From Bacteroidales bacterium (GTDB taxonomy: Bacteria > Bacteroidota > Bacteroidia > Bacteroidales > WCHB1-69): a stretch of DNA of 64,000 nt. The translations under genes and the position numbers were made by a program. Below the pieces are notes generated by a model. The model made no database searches. It saw only the letters and a program-made list of their open reading frames with translations, and had not been told where the DNA came from. Of this stretch, positions 48,017 to 57,932 are shown one piece after another. The stretch is taken from assembly GCA_016288655.1 (NCBI GenBank), contig JAEEKX010000022.1, forward strand, positions 55,693 to 119,692, given 5' to 3'. Numbering within the stretch: position 1 is the first letter of the stretch; the number at the start of each line of letters is the position of its first letter.

Positions 48017-49876
48017 TCAAAACTGGAAATAGATGAATGGCTGCATGTCGGCGGTGATGAATTGATATAAAGCGAATATCGTCACTACCACGACCAAAGC
48101 CATTAGCCACAACGGCATCATCGCGAAGTTGTACCGATACCAGCGTTTCCAACGGTCTGGCAGCCAGTGGATGACCATGCCGATGCCGAACAGCATGAAC
48201 ACGGACGCATACGTCGATACGATCTGCGGGATGAGTGAGAAATCCCACTGCCCGCCAATCTGCGTCACCATCGACTTCGCTGTGTTCCAAGCCGTCTCGT
48301 TGGCCGTCGCGGGATCCAAATTCGACCCGGAACGGAAAAACAACCGCGTGAAGGAGATGAATACGAACGTTTGCGCTATGCCCCACACCTTGTCAAGCCA
48401 GCCCACGTACTTTTTTTTGAAGATGATAGCCCCCAACTGCTTGATCACCGTGCCCGCCGCAATCGCGCCCGTCCACACACAGCCGATTTTCAACAACGGC
48501 ATCGGAAAGAAATGGTTCGACGCGACGAACCCGCCGAACACCAGCACGATAACGGCTGTGCGCACCGGCAGCGCCACCGACTTCCAAAACTTGTAAACCA
48601 GGATGCCTAACCCGTTCAATCCACCCCAGATCATGAAGTTCCAACTCGCACCGTGCCAAAGTCCACCCAGCAACATCGTGTTCATGTTGTTGATGTTGGT
48701 GCTGATCTTCTTGCGCGACGCCTTCCAGAAGATGGCCATTATCCCCAAAATCAAGGCGATCCCCCCCAAGACGAGCGCCAATCCCCAACTGCCCGATAGG
48801 AAAATGGCCGCCAACGCCACCAAAACGATCACGATGAAGGTGGCCGCCGTGGCGTTGCGGTTGCCGCCCATCGGAATGTACAAGTAGTCTTTCAGCCAGT
48901 TGGACAACGAGATATGCCACCGTTTCCAGAAGTTACCGGCGTTGGTGGCCTTGTACGGCGAGTTGAAGTTCACCGGCAGGTAAAAGCCCATCAGCATGGC
49001 CACGCCGATGGCGATGTCGGTGTAACCCGAAAAATCGGCATAGACCTGCAACGAGTAGATAAACAGCGCCGACAGGTTCTCGAACGGCGTGAACAGGTAT
49101 GGATTGTCGAAGACCCGATCAATGAAGCTGGTTGCCAAGAAGTCGCTCATAATAATCTTCTTGGCCAAGCCGTTGAGGATCCAAAAGACCGCGATGCCGA
49201 ACTGACGGCGCGAAAGGAAGTACTTTTTGTAAAGTTGCGGCACGAATTGGTCGGCACGGATGATGGGACCCGCCACCAAGCCCGGGAAGAAACTCACATA
49301 AAATCCGAAGTCGAGCATGTTGTGGATGGCCTGGCACTTGCGACGATACACATCCACCAAGTAACTGATACTCTGGAAAGTATAGAAGGAAATACCAACC
49401 GGCAACAAGATCTTGCTCGCGTCGAAGTAGGTGGCCCCACTCAATTCATTGGCCCATAACGCAAAGTAGTTGACTACTTTCAAATCGCTATGCACCAACG
49501 TGTTATATGAATCTGTAAAGAAGTAGGCGTATTTGAAATAGAAAAGCACCGACAGGTTGAGCACCACGCCCACAATCATCCATAACTTACGCATCCCGGG
49601 ACGTTGCGCCTTCTCTGTCCACCGTCCGATGAAAAATCCATATAAAGTAGTGATAATGAGAATGATGACAAAAAGCCCAGAGGTTTTGTAGTAGAAGAAA
49701 AGACTGACAAAGAAGAGGAAGGAGTTGCGCAGGAGGCACTTGTTGCGCGTGAGTGAGAAGACGGCGAACACCAACGCGAAGAAGGCCCAGAAGTAGAACT
49801 GGGTGAACAACAGCGGATGGTTCTCGTCGAAGGAGAAGACGTTGGTGAAGAAGGTGAGGATGTCTTCGGCGTGCAT
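48017..49876 (-). CDS. MBOAT-family membrane-bound O-acyltransferase (AlgI/DltB/PatA-like)
   Basis: A polytopic protein. The conserved blocks are ISFYTFQSISYLVDVYR and FWKRWHISLSNWLKDYLYIPMGGNR (catalytic His context). The start at 49876 is chosen because the -7 element at 49911..49918 lies inside the longer ORF. Confidence 0.85.
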   Translation of the reverse strand: MHAEDILTFFTNVFSFDENHPLLFTQFYFWAFFALVFAVFSLTRNKCLLRNSFLFFVSLFFYYKTSGLFVIILIITTLYGFFIGRWTEKAQRPGMRKLWMIVGVVLNLSVLFYFKYAYFFTDSYNTLVHSDLKVVNYFALWANELSGATYFDASKILLPVGISFYTFQSISYLVDVYRRKCQAIHNMLDFGFYVSFFPGLVAGPIIRADQFVPQLYKKYFLSRRQFGIAVFWILNGLAKKIIMSDFLATSFIDRVFDNPYLFTPFENLSALFIYSLQVYADFSGYTDIAIGVAMLMGFYLPVNFNSPYKATNAGNFWKRWHISLSNWLKDYLYIPMGGNRNATAATFIVIVLVALAAIFLSGSWGLALVLGGIALILGIMAIFWKASRKKISTNINNMNTMLLGGLWHGASWNFMIWGGLNGLGILVYKFWKSVALPVRTAVIVLVFGGFVASNHFFPMPLLKIGCVWTGAIAAGTVIKQLGAIIFKKKYVGWLDKVWGIAQTFVFISFTRLFFRSGSNLDPATANETAWNTAKSMVTQIGGQWDFSLIPQIVSTYASVFMLFGIGMVIHWLPDRWKRWYRYNFAMMPLWLMALVVVVTIFALYQFITADMQPFIYFQF

Positions 49877-49910
49877 TCTGGAAAGATTTTTGCCTATGCA
49901 AAACGAGCGG

Positions 49911-49918
49911 CAAAAATA
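49911..49918 (-). promoter_or_regulatory. -7 promoter element (TATTTTTG) for the MBOAT gene
   Basis: The plus strand reads caaaaata, 35 nt upstream of the ATG at 49876. Confidence 0.4.
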
Positions 49919-49932
49919 CGACATTTTCAAGA

Positions 49933-49960
49933 TAAAAAAAAGACCGCCTGTGGGCGGTCT
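49933..49960 (-). terminator. Rho-independent terminator after serC-serA
   Basis: A perfect 8-bp stem agaccgcc/ggcggtct with loop tgtg. On the minus strand it is followed by a T8 run (plus-strand A8 at 49933-49940). It lies 25 nt after the serA stop. Confidence 0.7.
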
Positions 49961-49984
49961 TTTTCACAGAATATCAGATAGATA

Positions 49985-50902
49985 CTACTTGTTCACCTGG
50001 AAGGTCTTGTCGCCGGTTTCGAAGAAATTGACGATCTGACGCGCAGCGGCCTTGGCGGCGTTGATGTTCGCCTCGGCGGTCTCGGCGCCCTGTTTCTTCG
50101 GGGTAGCGAAGAAGCGCTTCTCGAAGCCCTCGAAAAGCCCCATCTCCACGGGAGCGATGTCGGTGCAGTACTTGAGATCCTCGCGCTCGGCCATGAGAGC
50201 GGAAAGTTCCTCCTCGTTGATGACCTCCTTGCGGGCGGTGTTGATCAAGCAACCGCCTTTGGGCATCTTGCCGACGAGGTTCTTGCCGATCGACTTCTTG
50301 GTCTGGTCGTTGGCGGGGATGTGGAGGGAGATGTAGTTGCAGTTGGCATACAACTCCTCCAGGGTGGCGGGAACGTGTACGCCTTCGGCTTCCATCTTCT
50401 CTTTCGGGACGAAGGGATCGAATGCCCAGACTTCCATGCCGAGGGCCTTGGCCTTCTCCGCCACAAGGCGACCGACATTGCCGTAGGCCTGAATGCCCAA
50501 TTTCTTGCCTTTCAACTCAGCGCCGGTGCCGGGTTTGAAGGTGTTGCGGGCCATGTAAATCATCATGCCGATGGCGAGTTCGGCCACGGCGTTCGAGTTC
50601 TGGCCGGGGGTGTTCATCGCCACTATGTTGTTGGCAGTGCAGGCGGCCAAGTCGAGGTTGTCGAAGCCGGCGCCAGCGCGGACCACGATCTTCAGGTTCT
50701 TGGCAGCGTCAATGACCTGGGCGGTCACCTTGTCGGAACGCACGATCAGCGCATCCACATCAGCCACGGCATCGTAGAACTGTTGGACATCGGTATATTT
50801 CTCGAGCAGACACAACTCTGCCTTCGCACCTTCGACGATCTCACGGATGCCGTCAACGGCGACTTTTGCAAAAGGTTTCTCTGTAGCAACTAAAACTTTC
50901 AT
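49985..50902 (-). CDS. serA: D-3-phosphoglycerate dehydrogenase (short form)
   Basis: The start is the ATG at 50902 (MKVLVATEKPFAKVAV...). The NAD fold is GKKLGIQAYGNVGRLVA. It lies downstream of serC with a 19-nt gap. The upstream 59 ORF-track codons overlap serC and were rejected. Confidence 0.85.
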   Translation of the reverse strand: MKVLVATEKPFAKVAVDGIREIVEGAKAELCLLEKYTDVQQFYDAVADVDALIVRSDKVTAQVIDAAKNLKIVVRAGAGFDNLDLAACTANNIVAMNTPGQNSNAVAELAIGMMIYMARNTFKPGTGAELKGKKLGIQAYGNVGRLVAEKAKALGMEVWAFDPFVPKEKMEAEGVHVPATLEELYANCNYISLHIPANDQTKKSIGKNLVGKMPKGGCLINTARKEVINEEELSALMAEREDLKYCTDIAPVEMGLFEGFEKRFFATPKKQGAETAEANINAAKAAARQIVNFFETGDKTFQVNK

Positions 50903-50921
50903 CTTGCTGATTTTTAGATTC

Positions 50922-52040
50922 TTATTTGTTCTTTTTCTCAAATTCCTGCATGCAGGCGACGAGGGCCTCGACGTCTTCGACGGTGCAAGCATTGTAGAGG
51001 GAAGCGCGGAAGCCGCCGACACTGCGGTGACCCTTGATGCCGACCATGCCCTTCTCGGTGGCGAATGCCATGAATGCATCCTGCTTGTCCTCGTAACCGG
51101 GAGCCATCACCCAGCAGTGGTTCATGATGGAACGGTCGGCCTTCTCGGCAACCGTGCCCACGAACATGCTGTTGCGGTCGATCTCCTCGTACAACATGTT
51201 GGATTTCTTGAGGTTGATCTTGTTCATCTCCTGAACGCCGCCGATGGTGTTCTTCAGCCAGGTCAGGGTTTCGTGCATCACGAAAATGGGCAGTACCGGA
51301 GGAGTGTTGAACATGGAGATGTTCTTGGCCTCTTCGGCAGCGTGGGTGCGGTAATCGACCATCGTCGGCAGCACGCCCATGTACGGACGGCCTTCGGTCT
51401 TGCCAAGGATGTCCTTTCTCACGATGATGAAGGTAACGCCGGCAGGACCAACATTCTTCTGGGCACCACCATAGATCAAACCGTATTTGCGCACATCGAC
51501 GGGACGGCTCATGATGTCGGACGACATGTCGGCAACCAACATCACGTTGTTGATCTCGCTGGCGTCGAAGTCCTTACGGATCTCGGTACCATAGATGGTG
51601 TTGTTGGTGGTGATGTGGAAGTAGTCGGCATCGGCGGGAACTGTCCAGCCCTTCGGGATGTAGTTGTAGGTCTTGTCCTCGGACGAGGCGACGATCTCAA
51701 CCTTACCGAAGTTCTTGGCCTCCTTGGCGGATTTCTTGGCCCAGACGCCAGTCTGCAGGTATGCGGCCTTGGTCTTCAGCAGGTTGGCAGGCACCATGTA
51801 GAACTGGGTGCTGGCACCGCCGCCGAGGAAAAGGATTTCGTACTCTTCAGGAATGTCGAGCAGGTCGCGCCACAACTGACGAGTCTCCGCCATGATGCGC
51901 TCCCAACCCTTGGTGCGGTGCGAAATCTCCATCAGGCCTACACCGGTGTTGTCAAAATTACGAATCGCGTTGATGGTCGATTCGATAGCCTCTTTCGGAA
52001 GGACGCAAGGTCCAGCATTGAAATTGTGTACAGTACTCAT
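50922..52040 (-). CDS. serC: phosphoserine aminotransferase
   Basis: A 372-aa ORF containing [14 protein letters not shown]...[10 protein letters not shown]...[10 protein letters not shown]...[13 protein letters not shown]. Confidence 0.95.
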   Translation of the reverse strand: MSTVHNFNAGPCVLPKEAIESTINAIRNFDNTGVGLMEISHRTKGWERIMAETRQLWRDLLDIPEEYEILFLGGGASTQFYMVPANLLKTKAAYLQTGVWAKKSAKEAKNFGKVEIVASSEDKTYNYIPKGWTVPADADYFHITTNNTIYGTEIRKDFDASEINNVMLVADMSSDIMSRPVDVRKYGLIYGGAQKNVGPAGVTFIIVRKDILGKTEGRPYMGVLPTMVDYRTHAAEEAKNISMFNTPPVLPIFVMHETLTWLKNTIGGVQEMNKINLKKSNMLYEEIDRNSMFVGTVAEKADRSIMNHCWVMAPGYEDKQDAFMAFATEKGMVGIKGHRSVGGFRASLYNACTVEDVEALVACMQEFEKKNK

Positions 52041-52083
52041 ATTAAATGATTTAGATGATTAATTTGGTTTTCTTATTACGGGG

Positions 52084-52091
52084 CAAAGTTA
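52084..52091 (-). promoter_or_regulatory. -7 promoter element (TAACTTTG) for serC-serA
   Basis: The plus strand reads caaagtta, 44 nt upstream of the ATG at 52040. Confidence 0.45.
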
Positions 52092-52126
52092 CAACATTTT
52101 TATGATATAAACGTCTTTACGAATTT

Positions 52127-52762
52127 TTATTTTTCTTTTGTGATCTCATCGAACAAAGAGGGCTGCGTCAAACGCTTCAAATGAAAGCTTTTTCGGTGAT
52201 AGGGTGTGAGTCCATACTGGATGATGGCCTCCTGATGCGCCCGCGTGGGATAGCCGACATTCACCTTCCATCCATACATAGGATATTCACTATCAAGTTG
52301 ATACATCAACTCGTCACGGTAGGTCTTGGCCAAAATGGACGCCGCGGCAATGGAAAGGAACGTCGCGTCGCCCTTCACCACACATTGGTACGGAATACCC
52401 GTCTGGTTCCGGAAACGGTTGCCGTCGATGAGCAACAACTGCGGCCGGACCGTCAACTGCTGCACAGCACGGTTCATTCCCAACAGCGAAGCAGACAAGA
52501 TATTGACCTGGTCGATCTCCTCCGGCGAGACAAAGACCACGGCGTAGGCCACGGCATCGCGCTCGATCTCCTTGCGCAACTCCTCCCGCACCTTCCGCGA
52601 CAACTGCTTCGAGTCGTTGATGCGGTCGTTGTGATAGTCGGGCGGCAAAATCACCGCCGCCGCCGACACAGGCCCAGCCATGCAGCCCCGACCGGCTTCG
52701 TCGCAACCGCATTCAATAATTTGTAAATCAGAAGAATAATGCGAACGCAACATCTCTTTCAC
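52127..52762 (-). CDS. rnhB: ribonuclease HII
   Basis: A 211-aa ORF containing CGCDEAGRGCMAGPVSAAAVIL...INDSKQLS...DGN...ASILAK. Confidence 0.9.
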   Translation of the reverse strand: MKEMLRSHYSSDLQIIECGCDEAGRGCMAGPVSAAAVILPPDYHNDRINDSKQLSRKVREELRKEIERDAVAYAVVFVSPEEIDQVNILSASLLGMNRAVQQLTVRPQLLLIDGNRFRNQTGIPYQCVVKGDATFLSIAAASILAKTYRDELMYQLDSEYPMYGWKVNVGYPTRAHQEAIIQYGLTPYHRKSFHLKRLTQPSLFDEITKEK

Positions 52763-52785
52763 GCATGAAACGCGGCCTATAGAGA

Positions 52786-55239
52786 CTACCGCAGATGGGC
52801 ACCCACCTCGCGCTCAAACGCCGCTACCAACTTGTTCATCACCTTCGTGATGTCCTCGTCGGTGAGGGTCTTCTCGGCATGCTGCAACACAAAGTTCATC
52901 GCGTACGACTTCTTGCCCGCCTCGATCTTGTCGCCCTCATACACGTCGAACAGCGACACACGCTTCAACAACTTCGTGCCGTACTTGTAGGCAATCTGCT
53001 CCAAAGTGCCGTAGTTGACGCTCTTGTCAACCACCAACGCCAAATCACGCTTTACTTCAGGAAACAGCGGTATTTGATTATAAGTCACCGATTTACAATT
53101 CAACGAGAAAAGGATGGCCGCATCAAATTCGGCATATCTGACCGGTGTCTTGATGTCAAAATATTTCAGGATGGCAGGTTTCAAATCACCCAACGTGCAG
53201 ACGGTCTGCCCATCCACACTGTAACTGATGGCGGAGACAAAACGCGAATCTTCGATGACATTCACGTCAAAAGTGTTGATGTTGAGCAATCTAAAGATGT
53301 TCTCCACCATGTTTTTAAGATAGAAGAAGTCGTTGTCCTTGGCCGGCTCCGACCAAAGGTCGTCGTGGTTCTTGCCCGTGGCGAAAAGCGCGAGCCAACG
53401 GCTTTCCGTGTAACGCTCGGTAACGGAAGCATCGGGGGCTGCGTCGGGATTCTTCGCATACGATTTGCCGAACTCGAAGAGCCGGAGGTCGGGACGCTTA
53501 TTCTTGATGTTGCGGTCGATGTTCTCCAGTCCGCCGAAGAGCAGTGTCTGGCGCATCACATTGAGTTCCGTGCTCAACGGGTTGAGCAGGCGCACGGTCT
53601 CGTTTTCATCGATGAAGTCGAACTTCTCCGCATAGGCGCCCTTGGTCAGCGAGTTGTTCATCACCTCCAAGAAGCCGTTGTTGGCCAGATAGTTGGCGAT
53701 CTTGTTCTGCAACGGACGCGTGGTGGGCTCCGCCGGGATGTTGGCGTTGTAACTCAGCATCTTAGGCATCTCGATGTTGTTGTAGCCGTAAATGCGGAGG
53801 ATCTCTTCGATCAGGTCGATGGGACGGGTGACGTCAACCTTGTACAACGGCACGAGGGCAGTCACCTGGTCTTCGCCGGAAACGGTGGTGGAGAGGTCAA
53901 TGCCGAGGGAGAGCAAGATGCTGCATACCACCTGCTTGTCGATCTTCTTGCCCGCCACGCGGTTGATGTCGTCGTAGCGAAGACTGATCTTCTTGCGCTC
54001 GATCTCATCGGGATAGATGTCGGTGATTTCGGACGGCAGGCCGCCGGCAATCTCCTGGATGAGGGTGGCGGCGCGGCGCAGCGCATACACCGTGATTTCC
54101 GGATCGCAGCCGCGCTCGTAACGGAAGGCGGCGTCGGTCTTCAAGTTGTGGCGCTTGGAGGTCTTGCGGATGGTGACCGGATTGAAGTAGGCGCTCTCCA
54201 GAAAGATGTTCTTGGTGCCGTTGTTGACGCCGGAACGTTGTCCGCCATAGACGCCGGCGATGCACATGCCCTGGGAGGCGTTGCAGATCATCAGGTCGTC
54301 GGCATCGAGTTTCACCTCGTTGCCATCGAGGGTGACGAAGGGTGTGCCAGCCGGCAAGTTCTTCACAATCACCTGGTTGCCGATGATGGTGTCGGCGTCG
54401 AAGGCATGCAGCGGCTGCCCGATTTCGAACATGACATACTGGGTCACGTCAACGATGTTGTTGATGGGACGCACGCCGATGGATTTCAGGCGGTTCTGCA
54501 ACCACTCCGGAGACTCCTTCACATTGACATTGTGGATGGTGACGCCGCTGTAGCGGGGGCAATCCTTCTTGTTCTCCACGGTCACGTCGATGCCGCCTTT
54601 CTGCACCGTGTTGCGGAATTCGCGGTCGAGCGGTGCGATGGGGGGCGAGCAGTGGACGCCACTGGCTTTGAGGATGGCCTGCAGGTCGCGAGCGACGCCG
54701 AAGTGACAGATGGCGTCGCTGCGGTTGGGGGTCAGCCCGATCTCGAAGATGGTGTCGGTGACGACCTTATAGACCTTGGCGGCGGGGGTGCCGACCTTGG
54801 TGTCGGCGGGCAGCACGATGATGCCGTCGTGGGAGGTGCCCACACCGATCTCGTCCTCGGCACAGATCATGCCTTCGGAGACCACGCCGCGCAGTTTCGA
54901 CTTCTTGATGGTGAACGACTCATCGCCGTCATAGAGCACCGTGCCGATGGTGGCGACGACCACCTTCTGGCCCTGGGCGACGTTGGGTGCGCCGCAGACG
55001 ATGTTGAGCGGTTGCTCGCCGCCGACATCGACGGTGGTGACGTGCAGATGGTCGGAGTCGGGGTGTGGCTCGCAGGTGAGCACTTCGCCCACCACCAGAC
55101 CGCGCAGACCGCCGCGCACGCTCTCCCACGTCTCCATGCCCTCTACTTCAAGTCCGCACGCGGTGAGGTAGTCGGCAGTCGCTTCCGGGGTCAAGTCAAA
55201 ACTGATGTACTGTTTAAGCCAATTGAAGGAGATTTTCAT
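52786..55239 (-). CDS. pheT: phenylalanine--tRNA ligase beta subunit
   Basis: An 817-aa ORF. It begins MKISFNWLKQYISFDL and has a tRNA-binding OB domain (VVGEVLTCEPHPDSDHLHVTTVDVG) plus the B3/4 and B5 regions. Confidence 0.95.
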   Translation of the reverse strand: MKISFNWLKQYISFDLTPEATADYLTACGLEVEGMETWESVRGGLRGLVVGEVLTCEPHPDSDHLHVTTVDVGGEQPLNIVCGAPNVAQGQKVVVATIGTVLYDGDESFTIKKSKLRGVVSEGMICAEDEIGVGTSHDGIIVLPADTKVGTPAAKVYKVVTDTIFEIGLTPNRSDAICHFGVARDLQAILKASGVHCSPPIAPLDREFRNTVQKGGIDVTVENKKDCPRYSGVTIHNVNVKESPEWLQNRLKSIGVRPINNIVDVTQYVMFEIGQPLHAFDADTIIGNQVIVKNLPAGTPFVTLDGNEVKLDADDLMICNASQGMCIAGVYGGQRSGVNNGTKNIFLESAYFNPVTIRKTSKRHNLKTDAAFRYERGCDPEITVYALRRAATLIQEIAGGLPSEITDIYPDEIERKKISLRYDDINRVAGKKIDKQVVCSILLSLGIDLSTTVSGEDQVTALVPLYKVDVTRPIDLIEEILRIYGYNNIEMPKMLSYNANIPAEPTTRPLQNKIANYLANNGFLEVMNNSLTKGAYAEKFDFIDENETVRLLNPLSTELNVMRQTLLFGGLENIDRNIKNKRPDLRLFEFGKSYAKNPDAAPDASVTERYTESRWLALFATGKNHDDLWSEPAKDNDFFYLKNMVENIFRLLNINTFDVNVIEDSRFVSAISYSVDGQTVCTLGDLKPAILKYFDIKTPVRYAEFDAAILFSLNCKSVTYNQIPLFPEVKRDLALVVDKSVNYGTLEQIAYKYGTKLLKRVSLFDVYEGDKIEAGKKSYAMNFVLQHAEKTLTDEDITKVMNKLVAAFEREVGAHLR

Positions 55240-55292
55240 AAAAAGAGATGATTTTCAGTATGATAGGTTGTTTTAGAAAAGATAATCAATCT

Positions 55293-55333
55293 AAGATAAA
55301 AAGAGTTCACCCGCCAACCGCGGGGGAACTCTT
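55293..55333 (-). terminator. Rho-independent terminator immediately after atpE
   Basis: A 13-bp interrupted stem (aagagttc-a-cccgc / gcggg-g-gaactctt) with loop caacc. On the minus strand a U-rich tract follows (tttatctt). It lies 20 nt after the atpE stop. Confidence 0.6.
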
Positions 55334-55352
55334 TTCGTTTTTGCGGCGAGGG

Positions 55353-55619
<267 letters not shown>

Positions 55620-55647
55620 TTATTGATTTAGGTGAATAAAAAATGTG

Positions 55648-56865
55648 TCATGCTTTTGCCTCTTGCTCTTCGCCCATGGCCATGCCTGTGAACATGGCTG
55701 TGAGCAGGGTGAACACGAAGGCCTGGATGAAGGCGACAATGCACTCCAGCAGTCCCATGAAGACATAGAATACAATGGAAACAATGGAGACGCCGTAGCC
55801 GAGGCCGACGCTCATGCCGCCGAAGATGAAAATCAGAGAGATGACGCCGAGAGCGATGATGTGGCCGGCAGTGATGTTGGCGAAGAGTCGCACCATCAAC
55901 ACGAACGGCTTGGTGAAGATGCCGATGATCTCGACGATGGGCATCAACGGGAGCGGGAACTTGAGGAACCACGGCACACCGGGCGTGTTGACCAAGTGAA
56001 TCCAGTAATGCTTGTCGGCGGAGAACGACGTGATGAGGAAGGTGATGAGGGCAAGGATGCCGGTGATGGCGATGTTGCCGGTGAGGTTGGCCCCGCCGGG
56101 GAAGATGGGGATGAGTCCCATCAAGTTGTTCACCAAAATAAAGAAGAAGAGCGTGAGCAGGTAGGGGAAGTATTTCTGGTAGCGGGTGGGGCCGAGCGAG
56201 GGAATGGCCACTTCGTCGCGGATGAAGATGATGAGCGGCTCCATCAGCCCCTGCACGCCGTGCGGGGCCTCGTTTTCGTGTATCCGGTACTGCTTAGCCA
56301 CGTAGGTGAAGATGCAGATCAACAGGATGATGGAGATGAAAAGCGAGCAGACGTTCTTGGTGATGGAGATGTCGTAGATGTCACCCGTGGCCGCTTCATC
56401 GACCAATGCCGCCATGGACTTCTCGTCGCCCGCGGCAATGCCCTCCTGGGCGATGATGTCCGCCATGGGACCGGTGTAGTCGGCATACTGCCCGCCGAGT
56501 TTCACGATGTGTCCCTTGTGCTCTTCTGTGAAGCCAATGGCGTAGCCCTTGTAGGCGTTGTGCCCGTGGTGGAACTTGCCGGACATGAAGACCGTGGGCT
56601 TCCAGTGTTCGAAAAGGATGACGGGCAAGGGAATGGTGACCGACTTGTCGCCATCGCCCGTGATGTGCCAGCCGTAACTGTCGATCACGTGCTCGATGAT
56701 GAAAGGCCCGGGGTTGAACTTCCCGCCGGCGCCTTCCTCACTTTTTGCGGCATCGACTTCCGCCCCTTGCGGGTCGGCAGGGGGAACATTTTCACCCGCC
56801 GTGGCAGTTTTGGCGGCGAAAAGCATGAAAAACGCAACCGCGAATCCGATGAGCAATCTCTTCAT
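55648..56865 (-). CDS. atpB: F0F1 ATP synthase subunit a (with an N-terminal secreted extension)
   Basis: A 405-aa ORF. The conserved C-terminal helices include LMVRLFANITAGHII (essential Arg context). An N-terminal signal-like segment and a ~100-aa extension are present. Confidence 0.85.
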   Translation of the reverse strand: MKRLLIGFAVAFFMLFAAKTATAGENVPPADPQGAEVDAAKSEEGAGGKFNPGPFIIEHVIDSYGWHITGDGDKSVTIPLPVILFEHWKPTVFMSGKFHHGHNAYKGYAIGFTEEHKGHIVKLGGQYADYTGPMADIIAQEGIAAGDEKSMAALVDEAATGDIYDISITKNVCSLFISIILLICIFTYVAKQYRIHENEAPHGVQGLMEPLIIFIRDEVAIPSLGPTRYQKYFPYLLTLFFFILVNNLMGLIPIFPGGANLTGNIAITGILALITFLITSFSADKHYWIHLVNTPGVPWFLKFPLPLMPIVEIIGIFTKPFVLMVRLFANITAGHIIALGVISLIFIFGGMSVGLGYGVSIVSIVFYVFMGLLECIVAFIQAFVFTLLTAMFTGMAMGEEQEAKA

Positions 56866-57018
56866 ATCAATGTGTAAGTCTTACAATATAAACGTTTTAT
56901 GAAAACCCGTCGCCACTGCCCCACCCTACTTTCTTTCGCGCCGCTAATATACAAGTTTTTTGGAAAATATGATGTGCAAAAAAGATTTTAGTTTTTCGTT
57001 TTTTTCAAAAAAAACTTG

Positions 57019-57026
57019 TAACTTTG
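57019..57026 (+). promoter_or_regulatory. -7 promoter element (TAACTTTG) for the TonB-C-domain gene
   Basis: An exact TAnnTTTG match 29 nt upstream of the ATG at 57055. Confidence 0.4.
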
Positions 57027-57054
57027 CAGGCTGAAATAAATAAGATTTTGTAAA

Positions 57055-57531
57055 ATGAAAAAATTAGCGTTATTTCTTGTATCCACGATGGTTGCAGCCT
57101 GCTGCATGAATGTCAGTTCCGTGATGGCCCAGGATGCCGGCGAGGTCAAATGCGACGGCGAGGACATGGTCATCGAAAAGACCAACTCCAACGGTGACAC
57201 CAGCAGGACGACGATGCGCGTGCCGGAGTTCGACGACGGCATCGCCGATGTGTATGCCTATCTCGACGAACACGTCACCTACCCCGAAGCTCTCGAGTCG
57301 GAACGCGCCGAGGGCACCTGCACCGTGCAGTTCCTCGTGGGCGCCGACGGCTCCATCTCCCAGGTCTCCGTCGCCCGCACCTCCGGATACAAGGAGATGG
57401 ACGAAGAGGCCGTGCGCGTGGTCAAGGAGTTCCCCAATTGGAAACCCGCCCAGATCAACGGCAAGGCCGTCGCCATGAAGACCCAACTCCCCGTCCGCTT
57501 CGAGTACGAGGAGCCGGAAGTTGACGAATAA
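57055..57531 (+). CDS. Secreted protein with a TonB C-terminal-like domain
   Basis: A 158-aa ORF with a signal peptide. The C-terminal block is YPEALESERAEGTCTVQFLVGADGSISQVSVARTSGYKEMDEEAVRVVKEFPNWKPAQINGKAV. Confidence 0.65.
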   Translation: MKKLALFLVSTMVAACCMNVSSVMAQDAGEVKCDGEDMVIEKTNSNGDTSRTTMRVPEFDDGIADVYAYLDEHVTYPEALESERAEGTCTVQFLVGADGSISQVSVARTSGYKEMDEEAVRVVKEFPNWKPAQINGKAVAMKTQLPVRFEYEEPEVDE

Positions 57532-57605
57532 GTTGACCTTATTATAATAATGTATGAATCTTCCCGCAGGGGAAGCAAAAAAGTTTGTCTATAAAATCAA
57601 GCAGA

Positions 57606-57932
57606 ATGGAAAATTTAGAAAAGAACGAAGTTTTATCAAGAGCAGTCAGAGCAGGAAAGAGAACTTACTTTTTTGATGTGAAGACGACCAAGGGTGACGA
57701 CAAGTACTTGACCATCACCGAGAGCAAACGCAAATTCAATGCCGACAACGGCACTTTCTTCTACGAGAAGCATAAACTCTTCCTCTACAAGGAAGACTTC
57801 AGCAAGTTCCAGAATGCCCTCGCCGGCATCCTCAACTTCATCGAGACAGGCCAGATGCCCGACGACGCGCTGTTCGCATCCAACACGCGCAACGAGAACG
57901 AAGATTGGAAAGACGTTGATTTCGAGATCTAA
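57606..57932 (+). CDS. DUF3276 / PUR-alpha-like nucleic-acid-binding protein
   Basis: The start is the ATG at 57606 (MENLEKNEVLSRAVRAGKRTYFFDVKTTKGDDKYLTITESKR...). This is the typical Bacteroidota DUF3276 signature. The ORF-track start at 57585 is a TTG. Confidence 0.7.
   Translation: MENLEKNEVLSRAVRAGKRTYFFDVKTTKGDDKYLTITESKRKFNADNGTFFYEKHKLFLYKEDFSKFQNALAGILNFIETGQMPDDALFASNTRNENEDWKDVDFEI

Noticed and set aside
3412-55352. The 52-kb block separating the two atp half-operons, considered as an integrated mobile element (ICE, prophage or genomic island).
   Set aside because: I saw no integrase, transposase, relaxase, phage structural genes, flanking tRNA or terminal direct repeats. The content is dominated by single-copy housekeeping genes (gltX, recG, rnr, serCA, rnhB, pheT). 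A chromosomal rearrangement or an assembly issue is more plausible.
57561-57576. The hairpin cttccc-gcag-gggaag after the TonB-C-domain gene, considered as a rho-independent terminator.
   Set aside because: It has only a 6-bp stem and is followed by an A-run and not a T-run on the coding (+) strand. It is too weak to call.
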